Part shown: positions 37,714 through 47,553 of the stretch, piece after piece
Numbering within the stretch: the stretch's first letter is position 1
How the letters are laid out: every line of letters begins with the position of its first letter
Assembly (NCBI GenBank): GCA_963666125.1
Contig: OY762633.1
Span: forward strand, 1-56,106
Reading direction: 5' to 3'
DNA from: Dehalococcoidia bacterium
GTDB lineage: Bacteria > Chloroflexota > Dehalococcoidia > Lucifugimonadales > CAJWER01
Length of the DNA stretch: 56,106 nt
The notes under the pieces: model-generated
The model's database searches: none
Told to the model about the DNA's origin: nothing
What the model saw: the letters and a program-made list of their open reading frames with translations, nothing else
Position numbers and translations under genes: made by a program

Positions 37714-39990
37714 CTACCTACCTCCGTAGCCGGGCCGCCGTCCGCCTGAGGACCTGGGGCCTCCCTGTCCTCCGGGCCTGCGGCCCCCGCGGGGCCCCTG
37801 GCCGGGGCGGGATCCGTCCCGGCCGTCCCGCCTGGGCCTTCCGTCGCCGCCGAACCCGCGGCCGCTTGGCCGGTCGCCGGCGCGCTCACGTTCGCGTTCG
37901 CGCGGGCGCCCGTCGCCGTCGTCCAGCAGGGAGCGCCGCGACAGGGATATGCGGCCTGACGGGTCCACGCCGATGACCTCTACGGTGACCTCGTCGCCCT
38001 CCCTGACCACGTCTTCGACGGTGGGGACGTGCTCGTTCGCCAGCTCGCTGATGTGGACCATGCCGTCGACGCCGGGCAGTATCTGCACGAACGCGCCGAA
38101 GTTCATGACCCTCACGACCTTGCCGGTGTAGATGTCACCGACCTTGGCCTCCTTGGTGAGGCCCTCGATGATCTGAATGGCCTTCTTGGTGGCGGCCTCG
38201 TCGGGGGAGCCGATGACGACGGTCCCGTCGTCCTGGACGTCGACTGTGGCCTTGGTCTCGTCGACGATGCTGCGGATGGTCTTGCCGCCCGGTCCGATGA
38301 CCGCGCCGATCTTGTCGACGGGGATGTTGATCTTGACCATCCTGGGCGCGTACGGGCTCATCTCCTCCCGCGGCGCAGCTATCGTATCGGCGATGCGGTC
38401 GAGTATCTCCATGCGCGCCTGGTGGGCCTGCTTCAGCGTGGTCTCTATCACCTCGGGGCTGATGTTCTGGACCTTGATGTCGAGCTGGATGGCGGTTATC
38501 CCCTCGGAGGTGCCGGCGACCTTGAAGTCCATGTCGCCGAAGTGGTCCTCCATGCCCTGGATGTCGGTCAGCGTGGCGAACTCGCCGCCGTCGTCGGTCA
38601 CCAGCCCTATGGAGATGCCGGCGACGGGCCTCTTGATGGGCACGCCCGCGTCCATCAGCGAGAGGGTGGCCGCGCACGCACTGGCCATCGAGGTGCTGCC
38701 GTTGGAGCCTAGGACCTCCGCGACGACCCTGATGGCGTATGGGAACTCCTCCTCGTCGGGCAGCACGGGCAGGAGGGCGCGCTCCGCTAGGGCTCCGTGG
38801 CCGATCTCGCGCCTGCCGGTGAAGCCGATGCGGCCCGTCTCGCCCGTGCTGAAGGGCGGGAAGTTGTAGTGGAGCATGAACCGCTTCTTTTCCTGAGGGC
38901 TCAGCGTGTCGAGCTTCTGCGCTTCGCTGGTCGATCCCAGAGTCGTTATTCCCAGCACCTGGGTCTCGCCGCGCCTGAAGAGGCCGCTGCCGTGGGTCCT
39001 GGGCAGTATGCCCGTCTCGCACTCGATCTCCCGCAGCTCCCTGGTACCGCGGCCGTCCGGCCGGGTGCCGGCGCTCAGGATCCTGGCCCTGAACTCCGAT
39101 TCGAGGAGCGCCTCGAAAGCCTCGGCTACGTCGGAGTGCTCCCAGGAATCCGTGAGCTTGCTCATGACGTCGGCCTTGACTGCGCCGATGCGGCTCGCCT
39201 GGTCGGCCTTGCCGTCGCTCTCGGCGAAGGCTCGCCTGAGCCCGTCTCCGACCGCCGCGGTAACCTGTGCGGACAGGTCATCGGATATGCTGGCGGCCTC
39301 GAAGTCCGCCTTGGGGCGCCCGACCGCCTGGGCCATTTCGAGCTGGAGGGATATCATCTCCTGGTTGGCCGACTGGCCCAGCTCGATGGCCTGCGCTACC
39401 AGGTCGTCGGGAAGCTCACCGGCGCCGGCCTCCAGCATGAGCACGCCCTCGCCGGTGCCGGCGACGACTAGGTCGAGCCTGCTCTTTTCCAGATCGGCGT
39501 AGGTGGGGTTGATGACGAAGTCGCCATCGACGTAGCCGACCCTGGTGGCGCCGATGGGGCCGCCGAACGGGATGTCTGAGATGGTGAGGGCCGCCGACGC
39601 CCCGTTTATGACGAGGATGTCGAGGGGGTTCTCCTGGTCCGCCGACAGGGCGGTCGCAACTATCTGGACGTCGTTGCGGAACCCCTTCGGGAAGAGGGGT
39701 CGCAGCGGCCTGTCGGTGAGGCGGTTGGTCAGTATCGCCTCGGTGCTGGGCCTGCCCTCCCGCCTGGGGAAGCCGCCGGGTATCCGCCCCCTGGCGTAGA
39801 GCCTCTCCTCGAAGTCCACGGTCAGCGGGAAGAAGTCGATGCCCTCCCTGGGCTTGTCCATCGTGGCCGTGACAAGGACCATCGAGTCGCCGCGGCGGAC
39901 CACGACGGCCCCGTTGGCCTGGAGGGCAAGCTTGCCGGTGTCGATGCGTATGTCAGCGTGTCCAATGCGTCGCTGAAAGGAAGAAGTCAT
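37714..39990 (-). CDS. pnp: Polyribonucleotide nucleotidyltransferase
   Basis: FFPLTV, RPDGR, HGSGLF, RREIGHG, GDMDFKVAG, KH and S1 domains, R/G-rich tail. Confidence 0.98.
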   Translation of the reverse strand: MTSSFQRRIGHADIRIDTGKLALQANGAVVVRRGDSMVLVTATMDKPREGIDFFPLTVDFEERLYARGRIPGGFPRREGRPSTEAILTNRLTDRPLRPLFPKGFRNDVQIVATALSADQENPLDILVINGASAALTISDIPFGGPIGATRVGYVDGDFVINPTYADLEKSRLDLVVAGTGEGVLMLEAGAGELPDDLVAQAIELGQSANQEMISLQLEMAQAVGRPKADFEAASISDDLSAQVTAAVGDGLRRAFAESDGKADQASRIGAVKADVMSKLTDSWEHSDVAEAFEALLESEFRARILSAGTRPDGRGTRELREIECETGILPRTHGSGLFRRGETQVLGITTLGSTSEAQKLDTLSPQEKKRFMLHYNFPPFSTGETGRIGFTGRREIGHGALAERALLPVLPDEEEFPYAIRVVAEVLGSNGSTSMASACAATLSLMDAGVPIKRPVAGISIGLVTDDGGEFATLTDIQGMEDHFGDMDFKVAGTSEGITAIQLDIKVQNISPEVIETTLKQAHQARMEILDRIADTIAAPREEMSPYAPRMVKINIPVDKIGAVIGPGGKTIRSIVDETKATVDVQDDGTVVIGSPDEAATKKAIQIIEGLTKEAKVGDIYTGKVVRVMNFGAFVQILPGVDGMVHISELANEHVPTVEDVVREGDEVTVEVIGVDPSGRISLSRRSLLDDGDGRPRERERERAGDRPSGRGFGGDGRPRRDGRDGSRPGQGPRGGRRPGGQGGPRSSGGRRPGYGGR

Positions 39991-40057
39991 TGGGAAGATC
40001 AATCTCCTCGAGGGGAAGCAAACAACAAAAACAAGAAGATAGCCCCGGCTGTGGGGA

Positions 40058-40327
40058 CTATCTTCTGAGTCCGAGCCTACCGATCAGGGTCCGATAACGG
40101 CCCACGTCTTCGCGGTTGAGGTATTGGAGGAGGCGTCTTCGCCTTCCCACAAGCCGGAGGAGGCCTCGGCGCGTTGACTCGTCGTGCTTGTGGGTCCTGA
40201 GGTGTTCCGTCAACCCGTTGATGCGGGTGGTCAGCAGGGCGACCTGTACCTCGGTCGAGCCAGTGTCGTCGCTGCCAGTCTGGTATTCCTGGATTATCGG
40301 TTCTTTTTCAGCCTTGCTTAGCCCCAA
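40058..40327 (-). CDS. rpsO: 30S ribosomal protein S15
   Basis: [32 protein letters not shown]. Confidence 0.98.
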   Translation of the reverse strand: MGLSKAEKEPIIQEYQTGSDDTGSTEVQVALLTTRINGLTEHLRTHKHDESTRRGLLRLVGRRRRLLQYLNREDVGRYRTLIGRLGLRR

Positions 40328-40364
40328 TTCCTTGTTTGTTTCACTCTCTCTTTTTGTTGGCGGT

Positions 40365-40373
40365 ATTATAGCA
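40365..40373 (-). promoter_or_regulatory. Extended -10 promoter of rpsO-pnp
   Basis: TGCTATAAT on the minus strand. Confidence 0.65.
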
Positions 40374-40416
40374 CACCGTCTGCCCCCCTACAACGAATAG
40401 CTCCTGCCCGAATATG

Positions 40417-41313
40417 TCATATCTCCTTGGGCAGGGAGAAGGTGATGTCCTCCTCGATGCTGGTGAGGGTGATCACCTCCTCGGGGGCAAGTGCGTCTAT
40501 GACTCTTTCCACGAGCCACTCGGGGGTCGACGCGCCGGAGGTTACGCCGACGTTGTCGACGCCGTCGAGCCAGGCGGGGTCGATCTCCTGCGGGCCGTCG
40601 ATCAGGTAGGCCCTGGTGCCGTTGGCTTCGGCGACCTCCCGGAGCCTGTTGCAGTTGGAGCTCTTGCGAGACCCGATCACCAGGATCAGCTGGGTGTGAC
40701 GGCACATCTCCTTTACGGATGCCTGGCGGTTGGTCGTCGCGTAGCATAGGTCGTTCCGCACGATGACATTGCTGAAGCGGTCCTGGATCTCCTCGACCGC
40801 CCTCTGGGTATCGTCGACGGACAGGGTGGTCTGTGACAGCACCGTCACGGGAGTCCCGTCCTCCCAGTCGGGCAGGTCCATATCCCCCCTGTCGTCCACG
40901 AGGTGCATCGGCTCCTGTCCCATCGAGCCGATGACCTCCTGGTGGCCCTTGTGGCCTATGAGCATCAATCTTCGGCCGTCCCTGGCGTACTTGTGGGCCT
41001 CGTTGTGGACCTTCGTGACGAGAGGGCAGGTTGCGTCGATGACCTTGAGGTCTCGCTTCTCGGCCCTGCGGAAATCGTCCGGGGGCGATCCGTGGGCCGA
41101 GAACACGACCGTCGACCCCTCCGGGACGTCGTCCACGTCGTCGACCGTCAACGCGCCCTTGAGCGCGAGGGCATTGACCACGTGGGAGTTATGGACGATT
41201 TCGTGCTTGACGTAGATGGGAGGGCCGTATCGTTCCAGGGCGACCTCCACGACGTCTATGGCCCTGACGACTCCGGCGCAGTACCCCCGCGGGGCGCCCA
41301 AGTATATCTTCAT
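40417..41313 (-). CDS. ispH: 4-hydroxy-3-methylbut-2-enyl diphosphate reductase
   Basis: PRGYCAGV, HEIVHN, SAHG, DATCPLV, QTTLS, CYATTNRQ, SGASTP. Confidence 0.97.
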   Translation of the reverse strand: MKIYLGAPRGYCAGVVRAIDVVEVALERYGPPIYVKHEIVHNSHVVNALALKGALTVDDVDDVPEGSTVVFSAHGSPPDDFRRAEKRDLKVIDATCPLVTKVHNEAHKYARDGRRLMLIGHKGHQEVIGSMGQEPMHLVDDRGDMDLPDWEDGTPVTVLSQTTLSVDDTQRAVEEIQDRFSNVIVRNDLCYATTNRQASVKEMCRHTQLILVIGSRKSSNCNRLREVAEANGTRAYLIDGPQEIDPAWLDGVDNVGVTSGASTPEWLVERVIDALAPEEVITLTSIEEDITFSLPKEI

Positions 41314-41470
41314 GTCGGAACCGGCGACCTCCGTGCTCGATCTCTTCAGGTTCTGACTATAGCACACCGTGGACTCGGGGTATGGGGCTGGGGCGGCCAT
41401 TGGACGGAGGATGGGTTTTGCGGATTCGGCCCGCGCTATATACTGTCTGGGACCACAGGAGGAAGGAAGT

Positions 41471-42637
41471 ATGAGGCTTGCGAAGCGCATGAGCCGCCTC
41501 GGCACTGAGACGGCTTTCGAGGTCCTGTTGAAGGCGAGGCGGCTCGAAGCGGAGGGCGCCGACATCATCCACCTGGAGATCGGCGAGCCCGACTTCGACA
41601 CCCCCAGGAACATCATCGACGCGGGCGTGAGCGCGCTCAACAACGGCTTCACTCACTACGGCCCGTCTCCCGGCCTGCAGGACCTGCGGGACCGGATTGC
41701 CCAGGAGATCAGTGATACCAGGGGCATATCCGTTACGGGAGAGAACGTCGTCGTCACGCCGGGCGGAAAGCCCATCATGTTCTTCGCGATCCTGGCCCTC
41801 GTGGACGAGGGGGACGAGGTCCTGTACCCGAATCCTGGATTCCCGATCTACGAGTCCATGATCGACTTCGCCGGCGGGGTCCCCGTGCCCATGAAGCTGC
41901 TGGCCGAGCGCGACTTCAGGATCGACCTGGACGAGGTCGCCGGGCAGCTCACGCCCCGGACCAAGCTCATGATCGTCAACTCGCCCAACAACCCGTGCGG
42001 GAGCATCATCGAGCGGGAGGACCTGGAGGCGCTGGCGGCCATGGCGCGCGAGCATGACGTCGTCGTGCTGTCCGACGAGATATACAGCCGCTTCCTGTAC
42101 GAGGGAGAGCACCACAGCATCACCCAGTTCGAGGGGATGCGCGACCGGACGATCATCCTCGACGGATTCTCGAAGACCTACGCGATGACGGGCTGGCGCA
42201 TCGGCTTCGGCGTCATGCCGGTGGAGTTGGTGGAGCCGATCTCGCGGCTGAGCACGAACAGCGTATCGTGTACGGCCGCCTTCACGCAGATGGCGGCCAT
42301 CGAGGCGATGGAAGGCCCCCAGGACGATGCCCACCGCATCGTCGACGAATTCAGGAAGCGCCGGTCGATCATCGTGGACGGGCTCAACGAGATACCCGGC
42401 ATAAGGTGCCCGATGCCGAAGGGCGCCTTCTACACCTTCCCCAGCGTCGAGGGCACGGGCATGACGAGCCGCGAGTTCGCGGACGGCCTGCTCGAAGAGG
42501 GCGGGGTGGCCTGCCTGGCCGGAGAATCCTTTGGGAAGTACGGCAAGGGCTGCGTCCGGTTCTCGTTCGCCAATTCCTCTGAGAATCTGGAGCGGGCGCT
42601 GGAGCGGATCGACAGGTTCGTCAAGAGCAGGCTGTAG
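41471..42637 (+). CDS. Class I/II PLP-dependent aminotransferase (aspartate aminotransferase-like)
   Basis: GEPDF, NSPNNP, SDEIY, FSKTYAMTGWRIG, GAFY. Confidence 0.92.
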   Translation: MRLAKRMSRLGTETAFEVLLKARRLEAEGADIIHLEIGEPDFDTPRNIIDAGVSALNNGFTHYGPSPGLQDLRDRIAQEISDTRGISVTGENVVVTPGGKPIMFFAILALVDEGDEVLYPNPGFPIYESMIDFAGGVPVPMKLLAERDFRIDLDEVAGQLTPRTKLMIVNSPNNPCGSIIEREDLEALAAMAREHDVVVLSDEIYSRFLYEGEHHSITQFEGMRDRTIILDGFSKTYAMTGWRIGFGVMPVELVEPISRLSTNSVSCTAAFTQMAAIEAMEGPQDDAHRIVDEFRKRRSIIVDGLNEIPGIRCPMPKGAFYTFPSVEGTGMTSREFADGLLEEGGVACLAGESFGKYGKGCVRFSFANSSENLERALERIDRFVKSRL

Positions 42638-42658
42638 CGCCCTGCCTGAGTAGCCATC

Positions 42659-42683
42659 GGGCAGGCACTAGGCCTGCCCCTCC
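42659..42683 (-). repeat. REP-like palindrome (GGAG variant)
   Basis: Minus strand reads GGAGGGGCAGGCCTAGTGCCTGCCC. Confidence 0.55.
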
Positions 42684-42738
42684 GCACATGCGTTTTGAGC
42701 ATTCGCGAAACTCTGGTTAGACTCCTTGCGAAAAAGTA

Positions 42739-42766
42739 TTGACAACTCTTCTTTGACTAGTATAAG
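42739..42766 (+). promoter_or_regulatory. Sigma70-type promoter with A-rich UP-like tract
   Basis: AAAAAGTA-TTGACA-N16-TATAAG in an A/T-rich patch. Confidence 0.5.
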
Positions 42767-42965
42767 AATACTGCCGTGCTTTGGGGGTAAAGCTTCATGG
42801 CGGTGCAGGCCTAGCCGGAGTATTGGTGCGGTTCAAGCCCTGAACCTGGCCTTGCTCTGGGACCTTCCGACTTAGCCCCGCGCGGGGGTTGCGCGGGCCG
42901 GACGGGATGGCCTCCAGCCGTTTCTGCTTTCCCCGGTAGTGCTATTTTCGGACTTGGGGGAGGCT

Positions 42966-43424
42966 ATGGTTACGACGGCAGTATTCGAGGAGGCAGTATC
43001 ACCGGTAAGGCCGGTGACGGAGGTCCTGCCCTCCAGGCCGAGCCAGTGCGTTCGGTGCGGGGCGAGAATGTTCATGGGGCGGGACGAGCCGGAGTGCGTG
43101 GCGTGCGGCTACGCGGACTACACCTACAGCCGGGACATGGCGCCAAGGTGGGAGAGGAGCAGCATCCTCAGCTCGGCCACCCGCCAAGTAGCGCGGTACG
43201 TGGGCGCAAGCGAGCGCCTGGCTCACACGGTCGTCCACATGACGCTCGTGCGCAAGGGCACCAGGGCGATATACGAGGTTGTCTGCCCGTTCTGCGAGAG
43301 CTCGATGGAGGAGTCGTCCCTGTCGGGCAAGCGGTCCGAGCCGCAGGAGCAGCGGTTCAAGTGCGACGACGGTCATCGTGTATCGATTCTTCCCGGCAGA
43401 AACGGGATGCAGGTCTGGACCTAG
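42966..43424 (+). CDS. Hypothetical zinc-ribbon protein
   Basis: CVRC, CVAC, CPFC and CDDGH; GGGGGAGG RBS. Confidence 0.7.
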   Translation: MVTTAVFEEAVSPVRPVTEVLPSRPSQCVRCGARMFMGRDEPECVACGYADYTYSRDMAPRWERSSILSSATRQVARYVGASERLAHTVVHMTLVRKGTRAIYEVVCPFCESSMEESSLSGKRSEPQEQRFKCDDGHRVSILPGRNGMQVWT

Positions 43425-43506
43425 ACCCGGCAGGAGCAAGGGAAGCACGTTCGCCCTGAGCCTGGCTCTCCTGAGCTTGCCGAAGGGTCGAAGGGCAGTT
43501 CTCACC

Positions 43507-44373
43507 ATGGCGACGATCGTGGACCGGAGGGCGGAGGACGATGACGAAATCCTAGTGGTTTGCGACTTCTCTCCGCCACGCGGCGGAGACCCCGGGCTGA
43601 TGGCGGACGGCGCGAGGCTCGATGCCGACTTCATCTCCGTCGCGTACAACCCCGGCAGGTCGGTCAGGGTGAGTTCCGCCCTGGCGGCCCTGTGGGTGAA
43701 GCAGGCCGCCTCCGCCGACGCCGTGTTCACCGTGGGCACCCGCGACATGAACAAGGTCGCCCTACAGAGCCTGCTGCTCGGCGCGGCGCTTCACGGTCTG
43801 GAGAACGTCGTGGTGGTCAAGGGCGATGCGTTCACGGAGCCGGAGCTGGAATCCGTCAGGCCCGTCGACGACTTCACGCCGACCGGGCTGATTGCCTCGA
43901 TAGGCCGGCTCAACGCCGGGTTCGACTTCAGGGGCCGCAAGCTTCGTACGCCAACCAGCCTGTGTGTGGGGGCTGCCATCGACCTGGGGCACGACCCGGA
44001 GAGAGAGCTCAGGTTGACGAGGCGCAAGGTGGAGGCGGGCGCGCAGTTCTTCCTGCTCCAACCCCTGTTCGACCCGGTGCGCGTCGTCGAGATGGCGCAG
44101 AGATACGAGGAGCGGTACGGCGAGCCGCTGACCCAGCCGATATTCTGCGGTGTCCAGGTGATGGCGCCGGGCGGCGTGACTTTCGGCGACGTGCCGGAGT
44201 GGGTGACGCGGGATCTGGACAAGGGCAGGCCGGGGGCCGACGTCGCCGTAGAGGTGCTCCAGGGCTTCGTGGAGCGCGGATTCAGGTCGATATACCTGGT
44301 TCCGCCGATCCTGCGCGGCGGCAGGCGGGACTACGAAGCGGCCCAGCGCGTCATCGAGACGGTGAAGGGCTGA
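43507..44373 (+). CDS. metF: Methylenetetrahydrofolate reductase family protein
   Basis: DFSPP, TRDMN..ALQS.LLGA, VKGD, KVEAGAQFFLLQPLFD. Confidence 0.75.
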   Translation: MATIVDRRAEDDDEILVVCDFSPPRGGDPGLMADGARLDADFISVAYNPGRSVRVSSALAALWVKQAASADAVFTVGTRDMNKVALQSLLLGAALHGLENVVVVKGDAFTEPELESVRPVDDFTPTGLIASIGRLNAGFDFRGRKLRTPTSLCVGAAIDLGHDPERELRLTRRKVEAGAQFFLLQPLFDPVRVVEMAQRYEERYGEPLTQPIFCGVQVMAPGGVTFGDVPEWVTRDLDKGRPGADVAVEVLQGFVERGFRSIYLVPPILRGGRRDYEAAQRVIETVKG

Positions 44374-45247
44374 GGACGGGGGTGCCGGCGGCCGCGGCGT
44401 GCTGCTCGTCGGCGTGGTATGAGCTGCGGACGAGAGGGCCGGAGGCGACATGCCTGAATCCTAGGCCCTCCCCCTCACGCTTCAGCTCCTCGAACTCCTC
44501 GGGCGTGTACCACCTGGCGAGCGCGACGTGCTTCTCCGACGGCCTCAGGTACTGGCCGATGGTGAGTAGGTCGCAGTCGACCGACCTCAGCTCCCTCATG
44601 TTGTCGATTATCTCGCCCCACGTCTCTCCCAGGCCGACCATCATCCCTGACTTCGTGACCGCGTCCGGCGCGATGGCCTTGACCCGCGCGAGCAGTTCCA
44701 GCGACTGGTCGAAGTCCCCCCTGGGGCGGACGCGGTGGAAGATGCGCCGGACCGTCTCGATGTTGTGGTTCAGCGTATCGGGTCTCGCCTCCAGGACGGT
44801 CTCCAGGGCGCCCCGGTCGCCCTGGAAGTCGGGTATCAGCACCTCGATCTTGCAGTCCGGCAGCCGCTTCCTGACCTGGGCGATGCACTGGGCGAACATG
44901 AACGCGCCGCCGTCCGGCAGGTCGTCTCGGTTCACCGACGTGATGACGGCGTATTGGAGCCCCATGCGGAGGGCCGTCTCGGCGAGCCGCACCGGCTCCT
45001 GGAGATCGAGAGTCCCCGGCCGCCCGGTCGTCACGGCGCAGTAGGCGCACGCGCGGGTACAGATGTCGCCGAGTATCATGAACGTGGCGGTGCCGCGCTC
45101 CCAGCACGAGCCGATGTTCGGGCAGTGGGCCTCCTCGCACACGGTGTGGAGCTCACTGTCGCGCATCAGGTTCTTCAGCTCGACGTATCTGGGCCCCCCG
45201 GGCATCCGGACCTTGAGCCAATCGGGGAGTCTGCGGCGCTGCTTCAT
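44351..45247 (-). CDS. lipA: Lipoyl synthase
   Basis: CEEAHCPNIGSC, CTRACAYC, RSSY. Confidence 0.97.
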   Translation of the reverse strand: MKQRRRLPDWLKVRMPGGPRYVELKNLMRDSELHTVCEEAHCPNIGSCWERGTATFMILGDICTRACAYCAVTTGRPGTLDLQEPVRLAETALRMGLQYAVITSVNRDDLPDGGAFMFAQCIAQVRKRLPDCKIEVLIPDFQGDRGALETVLEARPDTLNHNIETVRRIFHRVRPRGDFDQSLELLARVKAIAPDAVTKSGMMVGLGETWGEIIDNMRELRSVDCDLLTIGQYLRPSEKHVALARWYTPEEFEELKREGEGLGFRHVASGPLVRSSYHADEQHAAAAGTPVLSPSPSR

Positions 45248-45334
45248 CCGGTCTCCTCTGGGCTGGTGCTGGAAGCAATGATAGCAGAACGGTGCTATAG
45301 TGGGTTCGCCGTTCGACCATAGGGAAGGCAGCAA

Positions 45335-46564
45335 GTGACGCAGACGGCGCAGGTCATCGCGGAGACGGACCCCGAAGGCTCCGACTGGGAGATTGCGCGG
45401 CTCACCCTGGACCGCTTCGGGGCACTTGGCGATACCGTGGCGGAGTTCGAGGGCCGGGAGATCAACGTCTTCGGCGGCATACCGGGTGAGCGGGTCGAGT
45501 GCCGGATAGTCCGCTACCGCCGCCGGCGAAAGGCGGTCGTATCGGCCATCGTGACGGACGTGTTGGAGCCGTCGCCCCATCGCGTCGCGCCGCCGTGCCC
45601 ATACTTCGGCCCGTGCAGCGGGTGCCAGTGGCAGCACATCGACTACGGGCACCAGCTCGAGCTGAAGCGCGAGGCAGTACGGCAAGCGGTCGACGAATAC
45701 GACTCGCTGAGGGGGACGGATGTGGGCGCGACCATGCCCTCCGGGGACGTCTTCGGCTACAGGAACCACGCGCGCTTCACGGTGAGGCGCCAGGGCTCCC
45801 TGGGCTTCGTCAACCGCATCACGCGCCGCTTCGTGAAGATAGACGAGTGCCTCCTCATGGCCCCCGGCATCAATGAGCTTCTGTCGAGGCTCCAGGGCCG
45901 CAGCGGCGCCACCAGCCAGCTGTCCATCCGCTACGGCGTCAACGGCGGCGGCTGGCTCATCCAGCCCCGGCTCAGCATCAACGACGTCGGCATGGAGACG
46001 GGCCAGACCCACTACGCTGAGAGGCTCCTGGGGAGGAGCTTCCGCATCGGGTCGCCCTCCTTCTTCCAGGTGAACACGGCGCAGGCGGAGCGCCTGATCG
46101 CCCTGGTCGCCCGGCGTCTCCGGCTCAGCGGCCGCGAGACCGTGGTCGACGCCTACGCGGGCGTGGGCACTTTCGCGGCGCTGCTGGCCGAGGATGCGGG
46201 AAGGGTGATCGCGGTCGAGGAGTCCGACGCGGCCGTCGGCGATGCCAGGGTCAACATTGCCGGCATCGACAACGTGGAGATCGTGCTGGGCAAGGTGGAG
46301 GACGTGATCGACGACCTGGACATCGTGCCGGACGCGGTAGTGCTGGACCCGCCGCGGGCGGGGTGCCAGACGCAGGTGCTGGAGGCCGTGGCGCGCTGGA
46401 ATCCACCCAGAATCTGCTACGTGTCCTGCGACCCGTCGTCCCTGGCCCGGGACTTGGACATCATGGCCGGGCTGGGCCTCGCCGTCGAGTCCATCGACCC
46501 CGTGGACATGTTCCCGCAGACCCACCACGTCGAGTGCGTCGCGGCGCTGAGACCGGCAGCCTGA
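45335..46564 (+). CDS. rlmD: 23S rRNA m5U methyltransferase (RlmD/TrmA family)
   Basis: TRAM-like N-terminus, CPYFGPCSGC, FFQVN, DPPRAG, YVSC, DMFPQTHHVE. Confidence 0.85.
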   Translation: MTQTAQVIAETDPEGSDWEIARLTLDRFGALGDTVAEFEGREINVFGGIPGERVECRIVRYRRRRKAVVSAIVTDVLEPSPHRVAPPCPYFGPCSGCQWQHIDYGHQLELKREAVRQAVDEYDSLRGTDVGATMPSGDVFGYRNHARFTVRRQGSLGFVNRITRRFVKIDECLLMAPGINELLSRLQGRSGATSQLSIRYGVNGGGWLIQPRLSINDVGMETGQTHYAERLLGRSFRIGSPSFFQVNTAQAERLIALVARRLRLSGRETVVDAYAGVGTFAALLAEDAGRVIAVEESDAAVGDARVNIAGIDNVEIVLGKVEDVIDDLDIVPDAVVLDPPRAGCQTQVLEAVARWNPPRICYVSCDPSSLARDLDIMAGLGLAVESIDPVDMFPQTHHVECVAALRPAA

Positions 46565-46567
46565 CGG

Positions 46568-47239
46568 ATGAGCTGTACGGACGGTGTCGGGCGGCTCGTG
46601 CTGGCGTCGGGCTCGCCCCGCAGGCGCGATATCATGGAGTCGGCGGGATTGCGGTTCGAGATCGTACGCCCCGACGTGCCCGAGGGCCCTCCCATTGTCG
46701 GGGAGCGCGCCGAGGACTACGCCCGGCGGATGGCGCGCGACAAGGCCTCGGCGGTCTCTGCCAGGCTGGAGCGCGGCACAGTCCTGGGGGCGGATACGGT
46801 GGTCGTGCTGGACGGCGCGATACTGGGCAAGCCCGAGTCGGCGAGCCATGCCGTCGAGATGCTGCGGCGCCTCCGGGGGAGGGATCACGACGTGACCACG
46901 GGCCTGGCTGCCGTGGACTCCGAAACGGGGCGGGTGGAGACGGCCGCCGTGACCTCGGTGGTGCACATGCGCCTCTACGACGATAGGGAGGTCGCGGCGT
47001 ATGTTGAGTCCGGGGAGCCGTTCGACAAGGCCGGAGCCTACGGAGTCCAGGATCACGCATTCCGCCCGGCCGACAGGGTGGAGGGCTGCTACCTGAACGT
47101 GGTGGGGCTCCCGCTCTGCAGGGCGACCGAGTTGATGGCCCACATGGGCGTACCCTACGCCCAGGGACGGATGCGAGATACGAACGGCCTCTGCGCGGAC
47201 TGCTGGCCCCCTGCCGGGCAAGGGGAGAGGGGAGAATGA
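46568..47239 (+). CDS. maf: Maf-family nucleotide pyrophosphatase
   Basis: LASGSPRR, GADTVV, GKP, KAGAYGVQ, NVVGLP. Confidence 0.93.
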   Translation: MSCTDGVGRLVLASGSPRRRDIMESAGLRFEIVRPDVPEGPPIVGERAEDYARRMARDKASAVSARLERGTVLGADTVVVLDGAILGKPESASHAVEMLRRLRGRDHDVTTGLAAVDSETGRVETAAVTSVVHMRLYDDREVAAYVESGEPFDKAGAYGVQDHAFRPADRVEGCYLNVVGLPLCRATELMAHMGVPYAQGRMRDTNGLCADCWPPAGQGERGE

Positions 47240-47553
47240 CGTTCCTCGGCATGGGCCCCCTGGAGGTGATGATCATCCTCCTCGTCGCCTTCATCGTCCT
47301 CGGCCCCCAGCGAATGATGGATGCGGCGAAGCTACTGGGCAAGGCTACGCGCGAGGTGCGCCGCATGAGCCAGGGCCTCACCGACGCCCTCGACGAGACC
47401 ATGGAAGAGCCGCGGGTCCACAGGCCCGGCGGCCACACTGAGCGGGAGGAGAAGGGCGGCGCGGGGGGTGACGGATCCTCGCCGCCGCCGGCCTCCAGTG
47501 AGTCGGGACGCTCCCCATCGGACGAGGGCCGAGAGGAGCGGAGGGAGTCGTGA
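47236..47553 (+). CDS. Twin-arginine translocase TatA/TatB-family subunit (TatB-like)
   Basis: GMGPLE, TM helix, LGP, amphipathic helix; directly upstream of tatC. Confidence 0.85.
   Translation: MTFLGMGPLEVMIILLVAFIVLGPQRMMDAAKLLGKATREVRRMSQGLTDALDETMEEPRVHRPGGHTEREEKGGAGGDGSSPPPASSESGRSPSDEGREERRES

Noticed and set aside
37714..37920. R/G-rich low-complexity tail on PNPase
   Set aside because: Such tails are common in PNPases and not unusual
42770..42965. 6S RNA, SAM or c-di-GMP riboswitch identity for the leader
   Set aside because: Only a short GGTTCA/TGAACC resemblance; the consensus cores are not recognisable, so it is left as an unassigned candidate
44351..47221. 956-aa ORF ending in LipA
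   Set aside because: The upstream part is antisense to rlmD and maf; LipA starts at 45247 after an AGGAG RBS
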